A DNA stretch of 64,000 nucleotides from Dehalococcoidia bacterium (GCA_014874385.1 JACWAE010000075.1:7693-71692); one strand, 5' to 3'; positions 41,560-50,303 are shown, numbered from the stretch's first letter. Numbers and translations: made by a program. The notes: generated by a model from the sequence alone, not told the origin.

Positions 41560-43719
41560 ATGCAAATATTAAAGCAAATCAAATATGAACCCGCCAGAGT
41601 TATAGGCGGATACACAGACCGTATACTCATAGTTGACCTGGGCACTCGGCAAATCGCTATTCAAGAACTGCCACCCGACTTTAAGAACAAATACGTAGGT
41701 GGACGGGGATATGCTTTAAAGCTCATCTGGGACGGCACGACACGGAGTACTCGTTATGACAGTCCTGAAAATATCCTTGTCATGGCCAGCGGACCGCTCG
41801 GCAATGAGCCCGGATTCCCCGGAACCGGTAAATTCATAGTCGGCACTATCTCGCCCCTGACAGACACGTTCATCGATTCCAATGTCGGCGGCCATTTCGC
41901 ACCGCTGCTGAAACTTGCAGGTTTCGATGCCCTAGCTGTTTCCGGCATATCTAAGGAAGATGTGGTCATTCTGGTTGATGGCGATGCAGGGACTATCAGC
42001 ATCGCCGCTGCGCCTTCTTACAGCAAGGAAATAGATGATGGCTCCCTCTCCTTTGGCCAGAGGCTGCTCAAAGATGTCAACGGCGATGAATACAGCGACT
42101 CCGTTGCTGCCGTGAGTGTGGGGAAAGGCGCGTGCAATGCCAGGTTCGGGATTGTTAACAGCCTCTTTTTTGATAGAAAGCGCAGCCGCATCCGCAGCAA
42201 GCAGGCTGGCAGGGGTGGTACAGGGACAGTCATGCGATTCAAGGGACTTCGCGCCATTGTTGCCCGCTCCAGCCTGGCAAAAGCGAATGGAAATAATGCC
42301 GTAGACAGGGAAGGCGTGCGGCAGGCAGGCTCGCTGCTCAAAGAGGTTGTTTCCCAAGCTGACCCCAAGCAGCTCCACCTCTCCGCATGGGGCACCACCG
42401 TTTTATCCGAGTACATGGACAAGTTCCATCTCTTCCCCATCGACAACTACCAGTACGGTCAAAGCCCTGAGTCCTCGAAGCTCTTCGCCAGCGTCTTTCT
42501 TGACAGGTACTTTAGCAAGAAAATACCCGATGGCTGCTACTACGGATGCAACCTTGCCTGCGCCAAGGGTGCTGAAAACGTCGAGCTGACGCGGGGCCCC
42601 CGCGCCGGTCAGAAAGTCTCTATTGACGGACCTGAGTATGAAACCGTGGGCGCAGTCTGCTGCATGGGAATCTTTGACCCTCATTTTGTCATGGAATATA
42701 ACTGGTACTGCGATGAATACAGCCTCGATACCATTTCTACGGGCGTCACAATTGCGTTCTTTATGGAGTGCTTCCAGCGCGGATTTCTGACTGCCGCTGA
42801 CGTAGGTTATGAGTTGACATTCGGCAACATCGAGGCTGTGGACAGGCTGCTGCACGAAATAGCCAGCGGAGAAGGTTTCGGCAAAGTCGTGGGCCAGGGT
42901 GTAGCCAGGGGCAAGAAATGGGTTGCTCAGAAGTATGCTGCCCGACACGGCACTTCTGAACATAATGTTATGGCCGAGCTGAACAAATTCGGCATGGAAG
43001 TAAAAGGGCTCGAGTTCTCCATGTACATTAGCAAAGAGTCACTCGCCCAGCAGGGCGGCTATGGCTTCGCTCTCAAGGGGCCGCAGCATGACGAGGCATG
43101 GCTCATCTTCATAGACCAGGTCCACAAGGAGATGCCCACCCTTGAGCAAAAGGCCAACGCGCTCAAGTGGTTTCCCCTCATCCGCACCTGGTTCAACGCT
43201 ACCGGGCTATGCAAGCTCCCCTGGATAGACGTGCGCAATCCGGAGGCAGCCAGTACCAGTGAGCCTGCCAAGAATCTTCCCACACTGGCCTATTACGTCA
43301 AGTACCTCAATGCGACCACAGGAAGCAACAAGAAGCTGGAAGACATTCTGGAAGATTCCGAGAGACTCTACATCCTGCAGAAACTGATCAATCTGCGTCA
43401 GGGAAAAGGGACCCGGGCCAGCGACCAGATTCCCTGGAGGGCAATAGGGCCGGCCTATTTCAATGAATACGAATTTCGAGCCGAATATTATGATGAATGG
43501 TTAAAAAAACAGCTTGACGGCGATCAAATCCCTGCGAGTCCGGAAGAGCGGCATAGACTTCTCATGGAGAAAAGAATACAGGCCTATCAGAAGCTCTGCG
43601 ACATTGTCTACAAAGAGAAAGGTTTCACCTCCGAGGGTATACCCAGGCGTGAAACCGTGACCAAGTTCGGGCTCATGGACGAACAGGCAAGCCGGCTACT
43701 TAAGGAATTCGGCGTCTGA
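41560..43719 (+). CDS. Aldehyde:ferredoxin oxidoreductase (W/Mo-pterin AOR family)
   Basis: DSNVGG, AGRGG.G, CYYGCNLAC, GPEYE, DTISTG, GPQH, GLCK. Confidence 0.92.
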   Translation: MQILKQIKYEPARVIGGYTDRILIVDLGTRQIAIQELPPDFKNKYVGGRGYALKLIWDGTTRSTRYDSPENILVMASGPLGNEPGFPGTGKFIVGTISPLTDTFIDSNVGGHFAPLLKLAGFDALAVSGISKEDVVILVDGDAGTISIAAAPSYSKEIDDGSLSFGQRLLKDVNGDEYSDSVAAVSVGKGACNARFGIVNSLFFDRKRSRIRSKQAGRGGTGTVMRFKGLRAIVARSSLAKANGNNAVDREGVRQAGSLLKEVVSQADPKQLHLSAWGTTVLSEYMDKFHLFPIDNYQYGQSPESSKLFASVFLDRYFSKKIPDGCYYGCNLACAKGAENVELTRGPRAGQKVSIDGPEYETVGAVCCMGIFDPHFVMEYNWYCDEYSLDTISTGVTIAFFMECFQRGFLTAADVGYELTFGNIEAVDRLLHEIASGEGFGKVVGQGVARGKKWVAQKYAARHGTSEHNVMAELNKFGMEVKGLEFSMYISKESLAQQGGYGFALKGPQHDEAWLIFIDQVHKEMPTLEQKANALKWFPLIRTWFNATGLCKLPWIDVRNPEAASTSEPAKNLPTLAYYVKYLNATTGSNKKLEDILEDSERLYILQKLINLRQGKGTRASDQIPWRAIGPAYFNEYEFRAEYYDEWLKKQLDGDQIPASPEERHRLLMEKRIQAYQKLCDIVYKEKGFTSEGIPRRETVTKFGLMDEQASRLLKEFGV

Positions 43720-43763
43720 GGTAAGCCGGGAAGAAACATCGATTACAACGTAACGGCTCCGGC

Positions 43764-44015
43764 ATGAAGATAGTAGTTTCAATTAAGTTCTTCGGGATGC
43801 AGCGTGCTCTAACTAAAACCGATGGTATAGATATGCCTATCACGGAAACGGCGAGAGTGACCGATGTCCTGGAATACGTCAGGAGCCGATATCCCGAACT
43901 CCCTTTAGACCAGGAGACGGTCCTTATCACCGTCAACCACGAACAGGCATCTCTTGACACACTGCTGAAGCCCAATGACACCGTCTCATTTCTGCCCTTC
44001 ATCTCTGGCGGTTAG
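43764..44015 (+). CDS. MoaD/ThiS-family sulfur carrier
   Basis: Ubiquitin-like size with C-terminal SGG; follows the AOR gene. Confidence 0.9.
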   Translation: MKIVVSIKFFGMQRALTKTDGIDMPITETARVTDVLEYVRSRYPELPLDQETVLITVNHEQASLDTLLKPNDTVSFLPFISGG

Positions 44016-44062
44016 CCGCAATCTGCTCAAAGCTCAGCAACCCTATCGCGCCTAATAACATT

Positions 44063-44164
44063 TCCCTCCCTTGACGTGAGAGGCTAGAGCTTGTCCTGAG
44101 CTCGTCGAAGGATTGTCGAAGGATGAGGGTGAAACGTAGGGGGCGTTCAATTGAACGCCCCTAC
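44063..44164. repeat. Composite repeat cluster (CCCTTGACG..GAGAGG element with nested TCCTGAG..CGAAGGA insert, plus GTAG REP)
   Basis: GTAGGGGGCGTTCAATTGAACGCCCCTAC at 44136-44164; a related CCCTCAACGGGAGAGG copy lies near 39910. Confidence 0.7.
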
Positions 44165-44229
44165 AATTTTACCTTGCCCTCACTCTCATTCTGTGTTACA
44201 CTCAATGGGATATTTTCAGGAGGTCTCCT

Positions 44230-45207
44230 TTGAAAAAAGGTCGTGTCTTCTCCGGAGCCAGGCCTACGGGCAAGCAGCATATCGGTAACTATCTGGGGGC
44301 TATTCAGAATTATGTCAAGCTTCAGCAGGACTACGATTGCATCTACTGCATCGTGGACATCCATGCCCTGACCACCCTCGAGGATACCCATATGCTCAAG
44401 GCCAATACCTACGATATGATGCTGGACTGGCTGGCAGCAGGGCTCGACCCCGAGAAAAGCATCCTCTTCGTGCAGTCCCATGTCCCCGAGGTTATGGAGC
44501 TTCACACTCTGCTCAGCATGGTCACTCCTCTGGGCTGGCTGCTCCGCGTCACCACCTTCAAGGAAAAGGTCAAGATGCAGCCTCACAACGTAAACTACGG
44601 TCTTGTTGGCTACCCGGTGCTGATGACCGCAGACATCGTGCTCTACAAAGCGGACACCGTGCCCGTGGGCGAAGACCAGTTGCCCCACCTGGAGATAGCG
44701 CGCGAGATCGTGCGCCGCTTCAACAACATCTTCGGCCCCACCTTCCCCGAGCCCCAGGCCAAGCTTACCAACTTCCCCATGGTGCTGGGTCTGGATGGTG
44801 AAAAGAAAATGAGCAAGAGCCTCGATAACCAGATCGAACTCGCAGCCTCTGCCGAGGAGACCACCAGGAGGATAATGGCCGCCTTCACCGACCCTGCCCG
44901 CAAGTTTCGCAACGACCCCGGCCATCCAGAGGTGTGCAATGTCTATAGCCTGCACCATTTCTACACATCTTTGAAACTGGACGAAATCGCAAAGAAGTGC
45001 AGAGCAGCGGAAATCGGCTGCGTCGAGTGCAAGCGAATGCTCGCTGAGAACATAAACAAAGCCCTTGCCCCATTCCGAGAGAAAAGGGCGCAATTAGCCG
45101 AGAAATCCGGGTATGTAGATGAAGTTCTCGCGGACGGGGCTCGTCGCGCCCATGCCATAGCCAGAGAGACCATCATAGAGGTCAGGGGTAAGATAGGATT
45201 ACCATGA
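44230..45207 (+). CDS. trpS: Tryptophan--tRNA ligase
   Basis: PTGKQHIGNY (HIGH), YPVLMTADI, VGEDQ, KMSKS. Confidence 0.97.
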   Translation: MKKGRVFSGARPTGKQHIGNYLGAIQNYVKLQQDYDCIYCIVDIHALTTLEDTHMLKANTYDMMLDWLAAGLDPEKSILFVQSHVPEVMELHTLLSMVTPLGWLLRVTTFKEKVKMQPHNVNYGLVGYPVLMTADIVLYKADTVPVGEDQLPHLEIAREIVRRFNNIFGPTFPEPQAKLTNFPMVLGLDGEKKMSKSLDNQIELAASAEETTRRIMAAFTDPARKFRNDPGHPEVCNVYSLHHFYTSLKLDEIAKKCRAAEIGCVECKRMLAENINKALAPFREKRAQLAEKSGYVDEVLADGARRAHAIARETIIEVRGKIGLP

Positions 45208-46010
45208 CTGCCCTGCCTTTGTCCCAAAGTGGTAGAAGCGCTCTCGAGGTAGCTGCGGAGGCAGCGAGGCAAGCCGGCGAAACCCTCAAAACACATTTCC
45301 AGGAGAAAACGCAGGTAAAGTACAAGGGTCGAGCCAATATCGTTACCGATACAGACCTGCGTTCAGAGGAAATACTCAAATCGTTCCTGCTAGCCGAGTA
45401 CCCCGACCATAGCATACTCTCTGAGGAATCTCAGGCTATCAATGGCAACTCAAGCTATAAATGGATTCTCGACCCACTTGACGGCACGAATAACTACTCC
45501 TTCGGCATACCCTTCTTCTCCATAGTAATCGCCCTCACCGAGGGGAAAGACGTTTTACTGGGCATTGTCTACGACCCCCTGCGCGATGAGATGTTCTCAG
45601 CCCAAAGGCGCAAGGGGGCTACCCTCAACAACTCGCCCATCCACGTCACCAGGAAAAAGACTGTTCGGGAGTCGCTCATCGGCCTGGACCTGGGCTATGT
45701 CGATGAAAAAGGCCAAAAGTCGCTCGAGTTTATAACCTCACTCTGGCCAGAAATGTACGCTTACAGAATTATGGGCTCCGCGGCGCTGGGCATGGCTTAC
45801 GCTGCCTGCGGACGGCTCGATATTTACTTTCATCTTCTGTTATACCCCTGGGAGCTAGCCTGCGGTCAATTGCTGGTAACTGAAGCCGGTGGGGTGGCGA
45901 CCGACCTGGACGGCAAGCCGTTGAAAGTAGGGCAGGGCTCCGTCATCGCCTCCAACAAGGCAGTTCACGCCGATTTCCTCCGGATACTCAAAGAAAGAAA
46001 CCTGGGGTAA
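45204..46010 (+). CDS. suhB: Inositol monophosphatase family protein
   Basis: SEE, WILDPLDGTNN, GSAAL; PWE in place of PWD. Confidence 0.85.
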   Translation: MTALPLSQSGRSALEVAAEAARQAGETLKTHFQEKTQVKYKGRANIVTDTDLRSEEILKSFLLAEYPDHSILSEESQAINGNSSYKWILDPLDGTNNYSFGIPFFSIVIALTEGKDVLLGIVYDPLRDEMFSAQRRKGATLNNSPIHVTRKKTVRESLIGLDLGYVDEKGQKSLEFITSLWPEMYAYRIMGSAALGMAYAACGRLDIYFHLLLYPWELACGQLLVTEAGGVATDLDGKPLKVGQGSVIASNKAVHADFLRILKERNLG

Positions 46011-46013
46011 TTT

Positions 46014-46094
46014 GTAGAGGCAATTCATGAATTGCCCCTACCTATCGCACTCCCGACATGATTAAGGTAGAGGCACAGTATACTGTGCCTCTAC
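46014..46094. repeat. Two GTAG REP palindromes between convergent genes
   Basis: GTAGAGGCAATTCATGAATTGCCCCTAC and GTAGAGGCACAGTATACTGTGCCTCTAC. Confidence 0.85.
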
Positions 46095-46138
46095 CTATTC
46101 TCCTCGTGGCTAGCGGGAAACCCCAACCCAGCCTTTTT

Positions 46139-46819
46139 TCATTCGCCCTCTTTGTGCTTCTTGGTTTCAGCCATGAATTGTTCCAGCTTGTCATCGCTTC
46201 CTGATACTATCAGAACATCACCCTGCCTTACTATCTCCACCCGGTCAGGTGTAACTATTACCTCTTTTCCTCTTTGAATTAACAAAACTGCCAGACTCCA
46301 TTTGCCCCCACGACCCAACCCTATATCAGACAACGATTTCCCCACGAAGTATGGCGATACTGCCAGTTTAGAGACCCCATAGCTGGGGGCCACCGGTATA
46401 TAGTCCTGAACGTCTGTCAAAATCAGACTATGCGCAACTCTAATCCCCATCTCGCGCTCAGGGTAAACAACCTTATCCACCCCGATTTTGTCAAGTATGG
46501 TCCCATGCAAATCATTCTCAGCTCTGGCTATCACATAGGGAATCCCCAGCTTTTTCAGCAGGATTGCACACAACACACTATTCTGAATCGCCTCCCCCAT
46601 CGTCACTATAGCCACATCGAAGTTGGCGACACCAAGCTCCCTGAGCACAGCCTCGTCTGTGGCATCTGCCTGCACAGCATGCGTTATCTGAGTTGATATG
46701 TTTTGAACCTTTTTCTCATCATCGTCCACGGCCATCACATCATGCCCCATGCTGAAAAGCGTGGTAGCCAGACTTATTCCGAACCTTCCCAGTCCTATAA
46801 TCAACACCTGCCTTTTCAT
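46139..46819 (-). CDS. ktrA: Ktr/Trk potassium uptake regulatory subunit (RCK domains)
   Basis: IIGLGRFG, ADATDE, PEREMG, C-terminal RCK_C. Confidence 0.88.
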   Translation of the reverse strand: MKRQVLIIGLGRFGISLATTLFSMGHDVMAVDDDEKKVQNISTQITHAVQADATDEAVLRELGVANFDVAIVTMGEAIQNSVLCAILLKKLGIPYVIARAENDLHGTILDKIGVDKVVYPEREMGIRVAHSLILTDVQDYIPVAPSYGVSKLAVSPYFVGKSLSDIGLGRGGKWSLAVLLIQRGKEVIVTPDRVEIVRQGDVLIVSGSDDKLEQFMAETKKHKEGE

Positions 46820-46828
46820 GTCAGCCTC

Positions 46829-48391
46829 CTATCCTATCCTTACTTGATCTTGCGGGTACCGATATTCACTCGGCTGCTGACGCTGGATGAGGGCCAATAC
46901 CAAAACGAGAGGCCCCAGCCGCCCGATAAACATAACAGCGGTAATAATCAACCGACCCGCCACAGATAAATCAGGGGTTATCCCTGTTGATAAGCCAACG
47001 GTTCCGAAGGCGGAAACCGTCTCAAACAAAAGCCTTAAAAATCCGAATCCCTTATCGGTGATTGTCAGCACGAAAACTACTATGAAAATGAGAGTTATAG
47101 ACAACATCACCAATGATAGCGCCCGGTGTATCTGCTGATTTGCGAATTCCCTGCCAAATGCTCCGGCATGTTCCTTTCCCCTGATTGTACTCCATATTGT
47201 TGCGACAAGCATGCCAAAGGTATTGACTTTTATACCTCCTGCGGTCGACCCTGCGGCCCCGCCAACGAACATGAGAAGTATAGTAAAGAATTGCGAATAG
47301 CTTTCCATACTGCCTATGTTAATACTGGAGAATCCCGCAGTTCTAGGGGTCACAGACTGGAAGAAGGCGTTAAGGACCTTATAGGGAAGTGAGAGAGGGC
47401 CAAGAGTATCCGCGTTACCGTACTCCGTCAATAAAATAGCCACAGTACCTAAAACCAGTAGCCCTAAAGTGGTGACCAGCACTATCTTGGTATCAAGGGA
47501 GAGTCTGCCGAAGCGTCGCATCCTGCCCACATCGGCCACGACTATAAAGCTGATGCCGCCGAGAATAATAAGCGCTGCGGTCGTAAGTATTACCGTTGTA
47601 TCCGTTTGATAGCCCAATAAACTGCGAAAATTGCCAAAGAGGTCTAGCCCGCAGTTGTTGAAAGCCGAAACGGCATGAAATATTGCCCTCCATGCGGCTG
47701 TCCCCGTCGGATTCTGCACGGAGAACCGGATATAAAAGATTGCAGCGCCTATGGCTTCAACTATGAAGGTAAAAAGTAGAATCCTTCTCACCAGCTTGAC
47801 CATGCCCCCCAGCCTCTCCGTGCCTAATGACTGTCCGATTAGCCACCTCTCCCGAAGCCCGATCCTACGGCCTAATAACAGTAACAGGAGAGTAGCACTG
47901 GTCATGAACCCCAGGCCGCCGACCTGAATCAGTACCAGAATAACCCCTTGGCCGAAGCTGCTCCAGTAGGTCCCTGTGTCTACTACGGCCAGCCCCGTAA
48001 CGCATACGGCTGAAGCTGCGGTAAAGAGAGTGTTAACAGGAGAGGTAAATTGCCCCGTTTTGCTCGCTACAGGTAGCATAAGCAGAATAGTGCCGAGGAT
48101 TATTACACCAGCAAAGCCATATATCATCATCAAAGGGGACAAGCCAGGTTGCTTAGGTCTGGGGATTGGAGGCAGAGGGATAAGCCACGGCCTGACCCTG
48201 GCTACACGGAATACCCTGTCTCCGAGCCTTCGCTCTGCTGGCTTTCGCTTCCAAACCGGCGGTATCTCGGGCAGTTCCAGTTCAATCTCTTCTTTTTTAG
48301 AAGACGATGTGAGCTTATCTTTTAGCCACCTGCCAATTCGTCCGATATTCATATTGCTCCCTATTTTACCTCTTTTGTCCACCTGAGTCAT
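46829..48391 (-). CDS. ktrB: Ktr/Trk potassium uptake membrane subunit
   Basis: SAVCVTGL, SAFNNCG, PRTAGF, STAGGIK, SAFGTVGLS pore loops; long basic N-terminal extension. Confidence 0.9.
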   Translation of the reverse strand: MTQVDKRGKIGSNMNIGRIGRWLKDKLTSSSKKEEIELELPEIPPVWKRKPAERRLGDRVFRVARVRPWLIPLPPIPRPKQPGLSPLMMIYGFAGVIILGTILLMLPVASKTGQFTSPVNTLFTAASAVCVTGLAVVDTGTYWSSFGQGVILVLIQVGGLGFMTSATLLLLLLGRRIGLRERWLIGQSLGTERLGGMVKLVRRILLFTFIVEAIGAAIFYIRFSVQNPTGTAAWRAIFHAVSAFNNCGLDLFGNFRSLLGYQTDTTVILTTAALIILGGISFIVVADVGRMRRFGRLSLDTKIVLVTTLGLLVLGTVAILLTEYGNADTLGPLSLPYKVLNAFFQSVTPRTAGFSSINIGSMESYSQFFTILLMFVGGAAGSTAGGIKVNTFGMLVATIWSTIRGKEHAGAFGREFANQQIHRALSLVMLSITLIFIVVFVLTITDKGFGFLRLLFETVSAFGTVGLSTGITPDLSVAGRLIITAVMFIGRLGPLVLVLALIQRQQPSEYRYPQDQVRIG

Positions 48392-48485
48392 CCATCAGAC
48401 GATGTCATCCGCCAGATAGCAAGTGTAGCGTGGCCATTCGCTTACGAAAGATGGGGGCCATCCCCATATTCATCGCTGCGCAAGT

Positions 48486-48514
48486 TTGAAAAAGGCACTT
48501 TTTGATGCTATATT
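48486..48514 (+). promoter_or_regulatory. Sigma70-type promoter of the leader/double-cubane reductase transcript
   Basis: TTGAAA-17 nt-TATATT with extended -10 TG. Confidence 0.7.
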
Positions 48515-48556
48515 ATTTGCAGACCTTTGAAAATAAATGACCAGGAGGTGAGAGCA

Positions 48557-48685
48557 GTGACCTGTGCGCGTCTTTACTTCACTTGAGTTTGAACCAAAAG
48601 GCCTGATGCAGGTTCTGCATCAGTCATCTGCTCGAAGGATCTCCGTGTCCAGAGAGAGGCGAGGGAGGTAGCCATAGCGTTTTAG
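48557..48685 (+). CDS. Putative selenocysteine-containing leader peptide MTCARLYFTUVUTKRPDAGSASVICSKDLRVQREAREVAIAF
   Basis: AGGAGGTG SD 6 nt before GTG; in-frame TGA at 48584 and 48590; SECIS-like hairpin immediately downstream; frame then open to TAG 48683-48685. Confidence 0.65.
48603..48623 (+). promoter_or_regulatory. Putative bacterial SECIS element
   Basis: Perfect 9-bp stem CTGATGCAG-GTT-CTGCATCAG. Counting the second UGA as 1-3, positions 19-24 are GCAGGT, as in E. coli fdhF SECIS (G23/U24). Confidence 0.7.
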
Positions 48686-48707
48686 CCATTGGGCTTAAGA
48701 CGCCTGT

Positions 48708-48745
48708 AAAGCGGTGGTGCGGAGTCTTCGGCCATCGCTTTTTTG
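48708..48745 (+). terminator. Intrinsic terminator in the 5' leader (attenuator)
   Basis: AAAGCGGTGGT(G)CGGA-gtc-TTCGGCCATCGCTTT followed by a T run, about 40 nt before the downstream ATG. Confidence 0.8.
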
Positions 48746-48781
48746 TTTGCTTCAAAGTAACTGAAAGGAGTTTAGTACATA

Positions 48782-50056
48782 ATGACAAACGATAACAGGC
48801 AAATGTGGACTGATTTAGGAATAGACCTCGAGCGACACGAAATGCTGCTTAATGCCCTGGGGCCGGCTTATAAAGAGATCTATCTCGCCCAGATGAATCG
48901 TCCTGAAGGGATGGAGTTTTTTGACTTCGTCGTTGGAGATATTCACGGCATTAGAGTGCGAGAGTTGCGCCAGCACGCCAAGGAAGGCGGGAAAGTAGTA
49001 GCCACCTACTGCGTCTTTGTACCAGATGAGATAGTTCTGGCTGCAGGCGCCGTTCCGGTGGGTCTTTGCGCGGGGACTAATTTTTCCATTCAGGCAGCAG
49101 AGCAAGTTCTACCGCGCAACACCTGCGACCTGATCAAGTCCTCCTTCGGCTTCAAGCTGGGACGCACCTGCCCGTATATTCAGACAAGTCATCTCATTGT
49201 GGGGGAGACTACCTGTGACGGCAAGAAAAAGATGTTTGAGATCCTGTCTGAGTACCAGCCTGTCTATGTGATGGAGGTGCCCAACAAGAAGAACAGAATA
49301 AGTCGTGACCTGTGGCTATCAGAAGTAGTTGCCTTCAAAGACGTTGTTGAGAAGCTGACTGGCAACAAGATCACGGAGGAGAAGCTAGCCCAGGCCATCA
49401 AGCTGGTGAATGGCAAGCGTCGTGCTCTCCAGCGACTGTATCAAGCCCGAAAAGCTAACCCAGTTCCCATCAGCGGAAAGGATGCACTACTGGTAACCCA
49501 GGTTTCCTTCTACGATGACGTTGCTCGTGACACCCAACAGATCAATGCTCTTTGCGATGAGTTGGAGAAACGAATTACCAATAGAAAGGGAGTCTTTCCG
49601 CCAAACTGCCCTCGTATCCTCATCTCGGGGTGTCCTATGGCTATCCCCAATTGGAAGCTGCACCATCTTCTGGAAACGTCTGGTGCTGCCGTGGTTTGCG
49701 AAGAGTCATGCATCGGCACGCGGGCTTTCAGCGACCTGGTGGCTGAGGACAAGCGGAGCATGGACGACCTGCTTAAAGCCATCGCCGATCGCTACATGCA
49801 AATCCACTGTGCCTGTTTCACGCCGAACACTGAGCGGATAGAAGATATCTTAAGGCTGGCGAAGGAGTACAAAGTTGACGGTGTGGTTCATTACAACTTG
49901 CTGTACTGTCATACCTACGCAAATGAAGCGGTGAGGGTAGACAAAGCCCTGGAGAAGGAGGGCATACCACTCCTCCGCGTGGAGACTGACTATAGTGATG
50001 ATTCGGGGCAACTAAGGAACAGAATCGATGCCTTCCTGGAGATGATACAGGAGTAG
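48782..50056 (+). CDS. Double-cubane-cluster anaerobic reductase (2-hydroxyacyl-CoA dehydratase/HgdB superfamily)
   Basis: YCVFVP, GLCAG, NTCDLIKS, ETTCDGKKK, CEESC, CACF, YCHTY, ETDYS; AAGGAG SD. Confidence 0.8.
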   Translation: MTNDNRQMWTDLGIDLERHEMLLNALGPAYKEIYLAQMNRPEGMEFFDFVVGDIHGIRVRELRQHAKEGGKVVATYCVFVPDEIVLAAGAVPVGLCAGTNFSIQAAEQVLPRNTCDLIKSSFGFKLGRTCPYIQTSHLIVGETTCDGKKKMFEILSEYQPVYVMEVPNKKNRISRDLWLSEVVAFKDVVEKLTGNKITEEKLAQAIKLVNGKRRALQRLYQARKANPVPISGKDALLVTQVSFYDDVARDTQQINALCDELEKRITNRKGVFPPNCPRILISGCPMAIPNWKLHHLLETSGAAVVCEESCIGTRAFSDLVAEDKRSMDDLLKAIADRYMQIHCACFTPNTERIEDILRLAKEYKVDGVVHYNLLYCHTYANEAVRVDKALEKEGIPLLRVETDYSDDSGQLRNRIDAFLEMIQE

Positions 50057-50239
50057 CTATCAAGGCATGACGGCACGGTCAAATTCCAGTCGAGAGAATA
50101 ATGATGCTGGTTGTAGATGGCTACCGACAACCTTTGCGGGCACCACCTTTCGAACCTAAACAAGAAGCCCAGAATGTCTACAGCGTAGGGCTCTCAACCT
50201 CTCGGTTTTTTCTGAACGCTTTACGATTGCCTGTAAAAA

Positions 50240-50293
50240 TTGACAACAAACAAAACAGGTGTAATAATGAATTAGCAACTACGCAGATGTTAA
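50240..50293 (+). promoter_or_regulatory. Promoter and probable ArsR/SmtB operator
   Basis: TTGACA-17-AATAAT followed by TTAGCAACTACGCA, repeated (13/14) at 50693-50706. Confidence 0.6.
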
Positions 50294-50303
50294 GGAGTAA
50301 GCC

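Noticed and set aside
44016-44229. T-box leader before trpS
   Set aside because: The region consists of palindromic repeats followed by a promoter close to the start codon; no T-box or terminator.
44161-45093. Long antisense ORFs (310 aa opposite trpS; similar ones opposite argH, malK and the 62002 gene)
   Set aside because: Antisense shadows of well-supported genes, with no motifs.
48392-48500. c-di-AMP (ydaO) riboswitch upstream of ktrBA
   Set aside because: Expected by context, but the conserved motifs were not seen on the minus strand; the structured leader here is on the plus strand and faces the other gene.
48520-48745. T-box or metabolite riboswitch (SAM, Moco/Wco, cobalamin) as the explanation for the leader terminator
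   Set aside because: No T-box GGTGGNACC bulge in proper context and no recognisable aptamer core; a strong SD with a uORF fits ribosome-mediated attenuation better. An Rfam scan would be decisive.
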